From positions 1,024,001 to 1,088,000 of the forward strand of contig CP000070.1 in assembly GCA_000002445.1 (NCBI GenBank): 64,000 nt of DNA, written 5' to 3'. Below are positions 32,159-43,402 of the stretch, piece after piece. The notes beneath the pieces are model-generated. The model had not been told where the DNA came from. It saw only the letters and a program-made list of their open reading frames with translations, and did no database searches. Both the position numbers and the translations under genes were made by a program. This stretch comes from Trypanosoma brucei (lineage: Eukaryota). Numbering within the stretch: position 1 is the stretch's first letter; each line of letters opens with the position of its first letter.

Positions 32159-33298
32159 TATGCAGAGGCGTATTGCTATTGTTCATTTGAGTTGATTTAC
32201 CTGCTTGTCTGAAAGATTAAAGGAAAAAAAAAATATATATATATATATATATCTTCGCTGCCTCTGCCTCTCTCTCTCTATCTGTCCCACTTTCTTCTTC
32301 ATTTTTTTTCCTTCGGTTGTGCCTCATTTTCCGTGTGTTTGCACCAAAGTTTGACAGTTTTTGGTGATTAGTTGACAGCAGCGGAGGTGAGGAGTAGCGT
32401 CGATGGAAAAGGCGATACAAATTTGTTTTTGTTCTCTCCACAATGTTTTTTTTTTAATTTTCAAGTTCCATAGAGTAACGTGTGGACATCTTGTTTTTTT
32501 TCTTTTCCTGCGCATGTATGTTTAAGTGTGTGTTTGCGTGTGCGTACAGCGATGCGTGGCGCGCGAAAAGAAATGTTGAGATTATAGTGCGGCTGGTGGT
32601 GAGGAAGATACCGTTTGTGTGTGAGCACGTGAGTGCAAGGGGAGGTGTGGAAAAAAAATAATAATAATAAGCAAGTGAAGCTCTTTTGGACCGAATGCAA
32701 GCCTGAGGTGGAGAGTGGTGGAGGGAACGGGAAGCGGGTGAGTAAATAAATGATGACGCAAGACGGTGGCGGACCGAATGTTAGTGGAAAAGTTTTCAAT
32801 TAACTTTGCTTGTGTTCCCCGTTATTTTCCTCCATCCTCTTTTTTTTTTTTCGCTCCGAGAAGTTGCCCGTAACACACGTCGCCCTGATTACTACACTGA
32901 TTTTTTTTGTTGTGTTCCCAGTCGAGGTCTTACACCGTTAAATAAATATATTTCATATACAAGGCAATTCAAGCATCCATACACATCTGCATAAATATAT
33001 GTTTACGCATGTGGTTCTGTACCTTTCGTGTTTATCAGCCAACTCTTCAATTTTTTTTTCTCTTTGTGAGGGAACTCACCTCGCACATTACCAGTCCTTT
33101 GAAACCTCTAAATCATTTGAAAATGCAAGAAAAAAGTTGCTTTATCACCTGCTAAGCTATTGATTTATACCGTTCTTCTATACCCGTCCCTTTTCTTGTT
33201 GAATTATGCGTTGAATCACCCCTCTCTCCCGTGATTGTGATTCACCTTATAGTGTACACAAGTGTGGACTTCATTGTTCATTAACTTTCTGTTCCCAC

Positions 33299-34966
33299 AT
33301 GGTGTTAAAATTGTTGCTGGAGCTTGGAGCCGAGAGGTATGCGGAACAATTCGCCGCCAAATGCCATGAACTGGGGATGGTGATGAAGGAATCTGCAGGA
33401 CCCGGCAGAGTACCCGTTCCGGTGACGCTTCAGCCATCTATGATTTCTCGCGGTGAGTTTGGAACTCTCTGTTGTATGCAGCCGCTATGGAATGAGGCCG
33501 TCGACAATACAGCTAGAAACTTTACTTTCCTTCGTGATGCTTTGCAAGAGACGGCAGCCAGCGATGTCAACTTCACTGGGAAGCTCCTGAACATGCTCCA
33601 AGAGGTGTACCTCAGCGGAGGGCCGTTCCAACAGCTCATGCTCGGTATATTCCGCACAGATTACATGCGTGAAGGGGTTTATGATAAGATGCTGTCGACG
33701 ACGGCGTCTCGTTGGAAGAATGTTGAAATCAATACCATCAGCTGCTCTTTCGCCGGTCTATCGCCTCTCATCACTGAGTTTCATCAACACATCGCTGCGT
33801 ATCTTCAAGTGCTGCAGAAAGCAAGAGGAAAGGAGGATGATGACGGAGTTGAGAACATGAGTTGGATATGGGGTAAGGGCAACTGCAGATTGGAGAGAAG
33901 TGTCTCGGGTGATGTTGTACCAAAAGCAATAGCGGACGCAGTGCGTGCGTGGGTGGAGCAGCAGAAGTTTGCCTCACTTCGTGCGTCGTGGGAGCAGTTT
34001 CAACAGAATGAAGTAGGAAGCGGTGAAATACACCAACTTGGGGTGCTTGACACCGCGCCCGTTGTGCTCGTTGTTGTTCAGGAGAATGAACGTAACACTG
34101 CCGATCAGTATGCTCTGCTAATGAGAGTACTTGAGGAGCACCGCATTCGCTTCATATTTCGAACACTTCAGGAGCTCCACTTGTCACTGAAACTTCACAG
34201 CATCAGCCCCGAGCAACCACCTCTTGCTGTTGTTGACGGGCATTATCCGATAGCAGTTGCTTACTTCCGCAGCACCTACGTGCCGGAGGACTTCCCAACA
34301 GACGCCACATGGGCCGCTCGCCTTTCCTTGGAGCGCAGCAGCGCCATTAAGTGTCCAAGCATACCTTACCATTTGTTAACATTCAAGAAACTGCAACAAC
34401 TTCTGTGTGACGTGGATCGTGTGCTTGTACCAGTCGCTTTCTGTGGTGATTCGGATAAAGCAGGCTTGCTCCAGCGGCACTTCGTACCTCAATATTCTCT
34501 GAACCCGAAGGAAGTGGGTGAGGAAGCCGTGGAGAAAGTTATTCATGATGTACTTCAGCGGCCAGACCAATTTGTGTTAAAACCTCAGTTGGAGGGCGGT
34601 GGTAATCTTCTCTCTGGCGAGACGATGGTGAAGGCACTGAAGGCAACCAAGGAGGGGGATCCGGTTACGTACAGCAAGGTGCGTTGTGAGTACGTCGTCA
34701 TGTCGCGTATACAATTTCATGTCAGCACGGGGAGTTTGCTGGCGCGTGGTGACGTGGTTCAACTAGAGCGCAACATGTGTTCTGAAGTTGGCATTTTTGG
34801 CGTTATTCTCAGTGCTGCCAAGGGGTCAAGCGTAGGCACCAATGGTTCTTCAGTGCTTTTCAACACCTTTGCTGGATATACTGTTCGATCGAAACCTGCG
34901 GATGCGGATGATGGTGGCGTCATGGCAGGTGTTGCGGCTCTTGATTCCTTAGCGGTTGTACCGTAA
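33299..34966 (+). CDS. GS: eukaryotic glutathione synthetase (ATP-grasp)
   Basis: 555 aa. Gly-rich ATP-binding loop VLKPQLEGGGNLLSGETMVKALK (nt ~34573-34640) parallels VLKPQREGGGNN..GEEM in eukaryotic GSS. Overall length and the substrate-binding region (..AVVDGHYPIAVAYFRSTY..) fit the eukaryotic GSH synthetase family. Confidence 0.8.
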   Translation: MVLKLLLELGAERYAEQFAAKCHELGMVMKESAGPGRVPVPVTLQPSMISRGEFGTLCCMQPLWNEAVDNTARNFTFLRDALQETAASDVNFTGKLLNMLQEVYLSGGPFQQLMLGIFRTDYMREGVYDKMLSTTASRWKNVEINTISCSFAGLSPLITEFHQHIAAYLQVLQKARGKEDDDGVENMSWIWGKGNCRLERSVSGDVVPKAIADAVRAWVEQQKFASLRASWEQFQQNEVGSGEIHQLGVLDTAPVVLVVVQENERNTADQYALLMRVLEEHRIRFIFRTLQELHLSLKLHSISPEQPPLAVVDGHYPIAVAYFRSTYVPEDFPTDATWAARLSLERSSAIKCPSIPYHLLTFKKLQQLLCDVDRVLVPVAFCGDSDKAGLLQRHFVPQYSLNPKEVGEEAVEKVIHDVLQRPDQFVLKPQLEGGGNLLSGETMVKALKATKEGDPVTYSKVRCEYVVMSRIQFHVSTGSLLARGDVVQLERNMCSEVGIFGVILSAAKGSSVGTNGSSVLFNTFAGYTVRSKPADADDGGVMAGVAALDSLAVVP

Positions 34967-36573
34967 GTGAGTTGCAATGCCCCGGGTGGATGGTTTCGCT
35001 CTGCTCTGTTTCCGACAGTTGTCTGTGCTTTTTCTTTTTTTTCCTCTCGTGTTGCGGTGGGCCCCTCCACTTATCCCTGGTATGTTGTGTAATCGTTGCT
35101 ACGCTCAAAGGGGTGCTCATCTGCACCGCGTGGTTGCTAGCCACTTGCACGACATGTATTCTTCATTTTTTCTTCTTTCGGACATATGGTGCCATGTAAC
35201 GTTTTCAAACCCGACAACGCATCGACGTCTGTAAGTTGCTCCATTTGAATTTCCCTTTACTGCCGTTTGACTTCATTATTGTTATACTCCTTTATGTGCA
35301 CGGGGGCGAGGCACTTACCAGCCGAGTGGTCTGAAGATAGTTTGACAGTGGCTGATGGCAGCGGGAAAGGAGGAGTAGTTGAATGTGTATTTTTTTACTT
35401 TTGGAAGTGTAAAAGTATAAACTATTGTCGCATGGATAAACTGTTTTTTTTTGAAAACGACTCGATCTTATGAGAAAAACTTTAGCGGCGGAAGATTGCA
35501 CGTGAACTTTTACCGTGCCGTGAACAGTGCGTCTTTTTGGGTGTGATTGTACGTCTGTTTAACCTCTCTCCTGTTTGCTCTATTTTTCTTTTTTTCTTTT
35601 GTTTTGAGTGGTGAGGTGGAGTGAAACAGTTTCAGCAAAACCTGCGTGACTTTTCGTTGTTAGAAGTAAAAGAACGGGGACTCTAGGTACAGTTTTCATT
35701 GTCGCCACTTCATGCTCATTCTCAGAAAGGTCTGAATGATGCCCCCATATGGATCATTGCTGCCGCCACCGTCAGTGACGTAAGTGAATGCTCATTCCGC
35801 TAAAGGGTTTCCAACTCCCTTTTCGGTTCACCCTTCCCGTTGTCATTGTCATAAATTGTCATAGTTATTATAATTATTGTCATTACCTCCACTCTCTTTT
35901 TGTGTTGTCTTACGGGGGCACGTCACGAATGGGTAGTCAGCTGCAGTCCGGCTTCACAAGTCATAGGCCACCGTGGCGTTACCCCATTCGAAGAGCCGGA
36001 GTGGTCTAAAAAAAACAACAACAACATAACAACCGCCGTTTCGTGTGCACCGCCCTTCACCCCAGTCTGCCTACGGTGATGAAAATACATGTATATGCTA
36101 ACTTTTCTGTACTCCATGGAGTGAGCATGAAGTGAATTATCCGCAGAGAAGTCTGAAACGTTTTTAAATCCCCCCCCTGTACTCCTCTTCTTCTTGTGGT
36201 TTCCATCTCAGTACTTCGATGCTTGGTATGACACACGAATACTGCGTGTTACTCAGACGTGGTGACGAAGTAACGGATACTTTCCTTCATCACAGCGCTT
36301 GTTTGTTGTTTCTTTTTTTTTATTTCTACTACTTTTCCAATACGTCTCCTATATCTGTTGTTGTTGTTGTTGTGATGGTGGTGGTGATTGGCTCCGGAGG
36401 GTAGGTTATATAAATATAAATAAATATATATATATATATTGTTTGCGTGTTTTCCACCTTGATAAACGAAATTGAGGTGGTACCCGTTACATAACGAAGC
36501 GTGAAGAACTGGGGCACAGAGAGGGACAGGGGGAAAAAAAAAGAGAAGAAAAAGAAGGTCAACGGAGCGGATA

Positions 36574-36840
36574 GTGGAAAAACGTAGGCAACTTGCGGTA
36601 GCGATGAGTAACACACGCCAGCGCGTGGGCGGGGGTAAAGCATCCTTCACGCAGCGTACGATGAATTTTTTCCGCACGTACAAACGCGACTTGTTCTTTA
36701 CTTGCGTTGCTTTCATGGCTATAGGCACTGTGGCTAGACGTGAGTTGATGGTACGTGGTGTAGTGTCGCCGCCACAGAAAATTGAAGCGGTTCCGAGGGT
36801 GGAGCGGGAGTTTGGCTCGAAGCGTCAACGGAGTGAATGA
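36574..36840 (+). CDS. possible small single-pass membrane protein (78-88 aa; likely start at Met 36604, MSNTRQRVGGG...)
   Basis: Short ORF on the coding strand in the 3.4-kb spacer between GS and PP2C. It has a basic N-terminus and one hydrophobic helix (LFFTCVAFMAIGTVA), and it is not low-complexity. Pyrimidine-rich tract at 36290-36370 upstream. Could equally be chance. Confidence 0.3.
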   Translation: MEKRRQLAVAMSNTRQRVGGGKASFTQRTMNFFRTYKRDLFFTCVAFMAIGTVARRELMVRGVVSPPQKIEAVPRVEREFGSKRQRSE

Positions 36841-37418
36841 TGAGTATATCGCGTATATGTATACACACACACAAATATATATATATCTTGTATTTACGTC
36901 CGTATTTGTTTGTGAATGTGTAAGTATTTTAACCGGCGCTAAGGGAAATGTGACAGCGTCTTGTTCCCGAGTCGTGCACTTTTCCTACTACGGAGAGACT
37001 TTGCTACGAGGTGACGTTCTGATCGCAGCCGTACGGAAGAGTTCTACTTGGTGCTTTCATAGAAATAAGGCAACTGAGCCACAGCGGGTACCCCAACCAT
37101 TTAAATATCGAGCAGGTGTCGGTTACTTACTCATTCCTACATTTTTATCTCACCCTTTGTTAAACGCTATTTTTTAATTTTTTCTGTTTAACGTCATCGA
37201 ACGGTAAGTGCGTGTATGTGTGTGTGATTTTGCCGTATCATTGCTTACCAATGTATACAAAGAACTAAGCCTTTGCCGATGACTTTGTTTAAATGTATTC
37301 CCATTCTTTCTTTATCCTTTTTCCTTTTTCTTTTACTGCTGTCATATTATTATTTTTTTTTTGATTTTCACCATTTCTTTTTCGTGTCTGTGTTGTCTTT
37401 ACCAAACAACTAATACAT

Positions 37419-37421
<3 letters not shown>

Positions 37422-37453
<32 letters not shown>
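37422..37453. repeat. (TA)16 microsatellite
   Basis: Longest perfect TA repeat in the window. It lies in the GS-PP2C spacer. Confidence 0.9.
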
Positions 37454-37455
<2 letters not shown>

Positions 37456-38388
37456 CAAACGCGTATAGTAGGTTTAGAGGTACTGGCACACTTACAAAGC
37501 GTGTTGGCTTTCAGCAGCAGCGGCAAGCGGCAAGCGGGTAGTCGGGTGCGAGTTGGAGTAGTTCACGACGACACGGTGACTACTCTCTGATCCATCATTC
37601 AATACATAAAAATCTCGAAGGTTGCCCTTTCGTGTGTGTGTGTGTGCTTGTGTGATAATCACTTAGTCATATAAGCGAATAATAAGAGAAGGGGAAATAG
37701 TTAGATAAGGACTTGTTTATTGTCATCGTCATTTTAGTTGGTATAGGGACGGAAATAGTGAGGAAACTGGGAGGTGAAGGAACAGGCAGAGGCGCCCACG
37801 GGGGGGGGGTGAAAAAAAAAAAAGCATCGTGAGAGGAAGCAACGGAATTTAAAAACGAAGTTAAGCAGAGAGTTGCAGAGGCAAAAGAGAAAGGAAAAAA
37901 AAGAGGGAAAAGTAAAGGCAGAAAAGGGAACGTTGGTAGTTCTTCCTCTTCCACCATTAGGGCATCAAACTTTTTTCTTCCTACTCCCATACGCACTGTC
38001 AATCAGAGTGAAAAGTTTTCAATTTTTTTTTCATCACAAGGGGGAGAAAAGGAAAAGAGGAAGGGAACGGAGAAGGGCAAAGGAAAACCAGTAAGTTTTC
38101 CCCCCACCAATTGTATTGGCGTGGTTAGAAGGGTGAAGAAAGAGGGAGAAGCCTTCCGCGAAAAAAAAAAGTTCTTCCGTTTCCTTTCTTTTTGAACATT
38201 CTGAAGTCGTGTTGAGGGAAGCTTCGACTTACCGTTGAACGGGCACAGGCAGACAGCGGTGAAAACTGAAGGAGGGAACATAGACTCTCTTCCGAGAGAG
38301 GAAGGACAAAGGGGAAAAGAGTACCGGGCAGGCAAAGAGGTGGGTTTGAGTTCGAGGCGGCACATCAAGTGCAAAATCAGTTGCAAGA

Positions 38389-40629
38389 ATGTATACCAGT
38401 GTTAGAAAGCCTCCGCTTTCCACAGCGAAGCTTTCAGAGAAGACGGATGCTGCAGGCAAGGGTAACCTCAATGGAGTAGCTGAGTCACCGACATCGCGTG
38501 ACGGAGGGATTGGCAGCAGCATGCCGTACGTCGCCAGGAAACCCAACTCTGGTGATGGTCAGGGACGTCCAGGTGAGGTCCAGAGAGCAGGACAAGTAAC
38601 ATATCAAACAACTAACGCCCTTTTCACGGGAAGCACAGTTCCAGGAAAAACTAAGGACGTCAGCACCGCCAAAAGTAGTGGTGGAGGTGATCACCTTAAC
38701 AATGGAGACAGGCCTCCCCTTGTCGGCGACAACAATGAAGTAAGCTCGCCACGAACTATAAAAATGAACAGCTCTCCCCCTCGACGCTATTTTCACCGAG
38801 GGGCTATAAACTGCAACTCAAGCGAAAACGTGGCGGCGGTTCTCGGCGGTTCCACATTGATTAGCGGTGAGAGAGTAGGCAGTGGCTCTGGGTATCCACG
38901 CCGTGTTTTTTCAGGTCCACCTTCCACGCGGATGTTAAATCAAGGAGGTGAGGAGCCTGCACAGAAACCACAACCACCCGGAAGCAGCAGATCAAAGTCT
39001 GGCATAAGACAACTACAGTTCGCACTGAACGGCAACAGTAGCCAGCGTTTGCTACCCGTCCCCCCACGCCAACTGTGTCCCTCCAATCCAGCGCGACGTG
39101 GTGGTGGTGCCGCCACAGTGACCCCACGATGCTCTGACGCACGGCGGCAAAAGCAAGATTCGACGGATCCGTTTGACATGACTCAAGTTCTCAATGGTGT
39201 TGGCACTCAGTTGGGTCTCCCTTCTTACTGCCCGGGCGCCGAAAGCTCTCAAGGAAGCAACCGATTGAGGGGCTCGAAACCACCATCACCATCTTTATTG
39301 CCACTGGCGTCTCTGAGGTCGCAGCAAATGCCATCAACGGCGGGTGTACCCGCCCCACGGTCCCTCTCAGAGTCGCAGCAGCTGTCGATCAATCCTAGCG
39401 GGGTGTTTGGCTGCGCCACTGATTGCAAGAACGGGCTTGGTTACGACTTCCGTGTAGTGGCGAGCACAGGGAAATCTTTCAATTTACCAATCAAACTTAC
39501 CGCAGGCGTTGGTTGCGTGCAAGGCCTTCGACCAACAATGGAGGATGAACACTTCATCCGTCTGCAGGCAACTACAGCTGTGGGGCAGCCCGTGTCGCTG
39601 TTGGGTATTCTTGACGGCCACTGTGGCCGCCGTGTCGCGGAGTTGGCCGCAAAGCATGTACCAGACAACTTCATTGCCCACCCCGCACTCGGGGAAAATA
39701 ACGCACTAGCCTTTGTGGAGTCCATTATACAAGCAGACCGGGCGATTTTTCATTCAATAGGAAAAGGTAGCGGAGGTGTGGGACTTTCAGCTGGTTTTGG
39801 TGGCTCTGGAGGATCGACACTTATTGCCGCGGCAGTTCATGGACGAATGCTGTATGTTGCTTGTCTGGGGGATGCACGCGCTGTGCTTTATGATGGCAAT
39901 ACGACCATACCAATGAGTGAAGACCATAAACCCCTGAATAAAAAGGAACACACACGCATCCTTCAGTGTGGTGGCTTTGTACAGCTTGGTAGGGTTTGTG
40001 GTGTTCTTGCGGTGAGCCGCGCATTAGGCGATTACGAATTCAAGTTTAATGGGAATCGGTTTATATCTAATCGCGAACTGATGGTTTCTAATGTTGCCGA
40101 TGTGCGGCAGATTAACCTGACAGACTCTAGCAAGTTCCTTCTCCTGGCTTGCGACGGCCTGTGGGATGCGGTGCAGAACGAGGAGGCGACACAGTTCGTT
40201 CGTGACTTCCTAAGCTATACCCCTGACGTAGGTTCATCGCCGGAGGCCACTAAGCGGGCGATAAATAACTGTTGTCAAAAACTTGCTGAGTTTGCTGTCA
40301 GCCGCGGGAGTACGGATAACGTTTCGGTGATGCTATTGTTCTTTCACAACGTGGCCGATGTTGTCGCAAGTTTTGATCGTGCAAGCGACGCAACAACGTC
40401 GAGGGCGACGGTAACAAGCCCCGTTTCTCCACGGTTATTCAGTGCAAGCAGAGGTGTGAATGCCGGGTTCACAGGTATGGAATCGAGACTAGCCGGAATC
40501 TCTGGGGGTAGTAGTAGCGGTGCATTCGGCGGCAGTAGTGGAGCTGAGGGTTCTTCTGTCAGGGGAGCTGGTCGTACAAAAGTGGACAGAGGCGCCTCGT
40601 GGTTAACCCGGAGTCGCTCTCTGTGGTAA
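38389..40629 (+). CDS. protein phosphatase 2C (PPM family) with ~370-aa disordered N-terminal extension and ~90-aa Ser/Gly-rich C-terminal tail
   Basis: PP2C motifs in order: GLRPTMEDEHF (nt ~39521), LGILDGHCG, ACLGDARAVLY, SEDHKP, LAVSRALGDYEFK, LLLACDGLWDAV, GSTDNVSVMLLFF. The first ~370 aa are Ser/Pro/Gly/Asn-rich low complexity. Confidence 0.85.
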   Translation: MYTSVRKPPLSTAKLSEKTDAAGKGNLNGVAESPTSRDGGIGSSMPYVARKPNSGDGQGRPGEVQRAGQVTYQTTNALFTGSTVPGKTKDVSTAKSSGGGDHLNNGDRPPLVGDNNEVSSPRTIKMNSSPPRRYFHRGAINCNSSENVAAVLGGSTLISGERVGSGSGYPRRVFSGPPSTRMLNQGGEEPAQKPQPPGSSRSKSGIRQLQFALNGNSSQRLLPVPPRQLCPSNPARRGGGAATVTPRCSDARRQKQDSTDPFDMTQVLNGVGTQLGLPSYCPGAESSQGSNRLRGSKPPSPSLLPLASLRSQQMPSTAGVPAPRSLSESQQLSINPSGVFGCATDCKNGLGYDFRVVASTGKSFNLPIKLTAGVGCVQGLRPTMEDEHFIRLQATTAVGQPVSLLGILDGHCGRRVAELAAKHVPDNFIAHPALGENNALAFVESIIQADRAIFHSIGKGSGGVGLSAGFGGSGGSTLIAAAVHGRMLYVACLGDARAVLYDGNTTIPMSEDHKPLNKKEHTRILQCGGFVQLGRVCGVLAVSRALGDYEFKFNGNRFISNRELMVSNVADVRQINLTDSSKFLLLACDGLWDAVQNEEATQFVRDFLSYTPDVGSSPEATKRAINNCCQKLAEFAVSRGSTDNVSVMLLFFHNVADVVASFDRASDATTSRATVTSPVSPRLFSASRGVNAGFTGMESRLAGISGGSSSGAFGGSSGAEGSSVRGAGRTKVDRGASWLTRSRSLW

Positions 40630-42059
40630 GGGATGCTGTGGCAAGTATTCGGTGATGTTATGAGGAGACAGGTTGCGGCCCTGTTTGGGTGTATTACGTA
40701 TGCCTCTGCTTCAGAGGAAAGTGATTGGGGGAGGGGGGAGGGAGGGAAACGGAATGAAAGTGGGGTGAAGATTAGTACTGATGCTATTGTAAGGGAAGGG
40801 GGATGTAACGGATGGATGCCCGTGGTTTTCTTCCTGAAGCCTTTATTTACCGCTGCCCAGCCTCTCCCTGCACCCGTTCCCCCAATACGTGAAACTCACC
40901 AGAACACTGGGACGCTAGCGCATGTACAGGCACTAATTTCTTTTTTTTTTTTGTAGTCCCCCTTTGTTTTCCCCTTCACTCATCTTTTACTTCTATGTTT
41001 TCCTGCTTTTTTTGTATCTTGTTATTGCCTGAGCGAACTCTCCGCACACATCCCTTTCTGTGTGCACCCCTTACACATACATATCTGTATACCAATTATT
41101 ATCATTATTGTTTGGCGAGCCATTCCCGTGCTCATACGCACATACAGTGGAAATGATCAGTGACTGAAGGGGAAAGGAAAGGGAGGTTTCTTTTTTTATT
41201 TTCATTTTATTTTCATGTTTCCCCACTTATCTTTCTTTCTGATTTTTATAACCCGCCGCTGCCTTCATTGTTGATGGGACAGCAATGGCAGGCCGTTTGA
41301 CGGTGTAAACCTTAGAACGTCGCCTCCACGCCTCTTCCTCCTCGTCGTGAAAGCTTAGCATTTCGGTGGGAAGCAACTACTGATTATGGAAATGCCTAGA
41401 AAAAACAAAGAAAGGAAGTAAATAAAAAGCCAAAGGGGGTCGAAGGAGGTGTAGATGGAAGTTAGGAATGGGATGGAAGTTGATGGGTGGTATGTGTGGG
41501 TGAAACAGCTCTGAAGGCAAAGCTAAACGATGCTTTATTTCTAAATGATTCTGTAGTAAAAACTTAGAGATTGGTTGAAGAGGGACCGCTTTTGCAGGTT
41601 GTTTATTTCGCCGCACAGGAGCCTCCGGTTGGGTTGCAGCGGGGCGAAGTGAATGCGTTGGGGTATGGTGGTGTAATGAAGCATGGTTGAGGAAAAGCGA
41701 AACGTTGGAGTATGAAAAGAAGGAATATTAAAGCGGGATTGTCGTGTAATGGCGGTAACATTGGACTTATTCGTGTGCGACTCGCCTCCTTTTCCACCTT
41801 TCTCTTTCGGTCCTTTTTCTTTTAAATAGTGTTTTCCCGTCCACCATCACTCTCTCAACGTACTGCACATTTTAATTCAACCTTCTAACAGTAACGCAGG
41901 TTATATGTAAGGTGAAAAAGATGTTGCCACCATTACTATTGGTTAGCAGCACATGCACATGCGGAAGAAGTGGCGGAGCTTTTTTGTTGTTTTTTATGGT
42001 TTTTGCTTTTATTTGTCTGAACCGTGGCTGAGACCTCCTCCTTCACGTTTTGCGTGCCC

Positions 42060-42480
42060 AAGTGTCTCGTTATCATGTTCTTTTTTTTTTTTTTACCCTC
42101 ATTAAGACGGTAATAACAGTTATCTGTCTGATAATTGATGTGCTGCTTCCCTCCTTCTTCGCTTTGATCGCCTGTACAATTCACCCCAGACGCTGTGGCG
42201 GAGGTTGGTTTACCTTCTGTTTGTTCCTTTTTTTTTTTTGCTGTCTTCTTGTTTTCTTTTCGCCTTGTTTTTTTGTTCCGCTTCATTATTGTTGTTTATT
42301 TGTTTTTTTTTTTGCGGGGGGGGGGGGAGGGGTCTTCCCTCTTTAAACCTTTCTTTCCTCTTTCTATCACGGCCTCGAACCCCGCCGGATATCTTTCCTC
42401 CCTTATTTCTGCTTTTGCCTCCTCTCTACCTTCTTTTTCTCCACATTGTCGTCACCACGGCACAATTTCCCCCTTTGTCC
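42060..42480 (+). promoter_or_regulatory. extended (~400 nt) pyrimidine-rich block with T17, T12 and G12 runs between PP2C and the 43403 gene
   Basis: Almost uninterrupted C/T on the + strand (tctttttttttttttttaccctc ... ttttttttttgcggggggggggggaggggtcttccctc ...). It is far longer than a normal splice-acceptor tract. Confidence 0.35.
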
Positions 42481-43402
42481 ACGCGCTGTGTGTCGTTTAT
42501 AAATATAAATATTAGCACAGGTGGGAGGAGGCTTATGGCGGAAGCGGCTGCGTTTTCCCTATTTGATGGATGGATTGTAAAGGGAAGGAGAAAACGAAGA
42601 TGGTAGGGAAGACAGAGGGGAAAATCACCTATTTTGTTCTTTTTTTGTGTGTGGTTGTTTGTTTGTTTTAATCGTTTTTGTAGAGAGTAGTAATGATGGA
42701 AGTTCTTCTCTCTCCCTATCTTCGCTTTCACACCCCCTCTCTCTGTTTTATTTTTCTTGTGGTGGTTTCAACCAACGGTTCGGAGGGAGGGAGGAGGGGG
42801 GAGAGAGATAAAGCGAAGTAACGGCCGTTAGCTGGAGTCTTGCGTATGTACACAAGAACACGGGTTGCCTTTGGCTGCCCCCTTTTTTATACGGCGTTGT
42901 ACCTTTACGGTGGATATGAAGGGCGTATATTATATATATATATATATTATATATGCATATGTTTGCGGTACTCGTAGCAACGCATGACCACATGTATGTG
43001 TTGCATGCGTACTTCTCCGTATTTCCCCCTCTCTTTGTGTGCACTATAACCTATTTTAGAGGAAGCTACGGTTTGCAATAGTTCTATTGTTATGGCACAA
43101 TGTTTCAACTCAGCATCACACTAACATACCATGTAGGGCCTGACGCGTTAAGCGAGATTTTCCCATCCCGTCATTGCTGTCTCTCTTCCCGCAGCCCTCT
43201 GTTCAAATGTATCTCCTAACTGTCTTCCTGCTTTTTTCCATTATATATATATATATATATACGTTGTTTAAAATGCAGCAGTTTGTCTCTTCGGGGAGGT
43301 GGCTGAACTACAAGAGGAATAAGTGATCCCTAACAGTTCGGAGAGAGGTATAGTTGTTATATTTGTAAGGTGAAGGTGATCAAAGGGACTGCCATTGGTT
43401 GA

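Noticed and set aside
40633-40956. 107-aa + strand ORF starting 4 nt after the PP2C stop
   Set aside because: No splice-acceptor or polypyrimidine context between it and the PP2C stop. Gly-rich low-complexity translation. Almost certainly 3' UTR.
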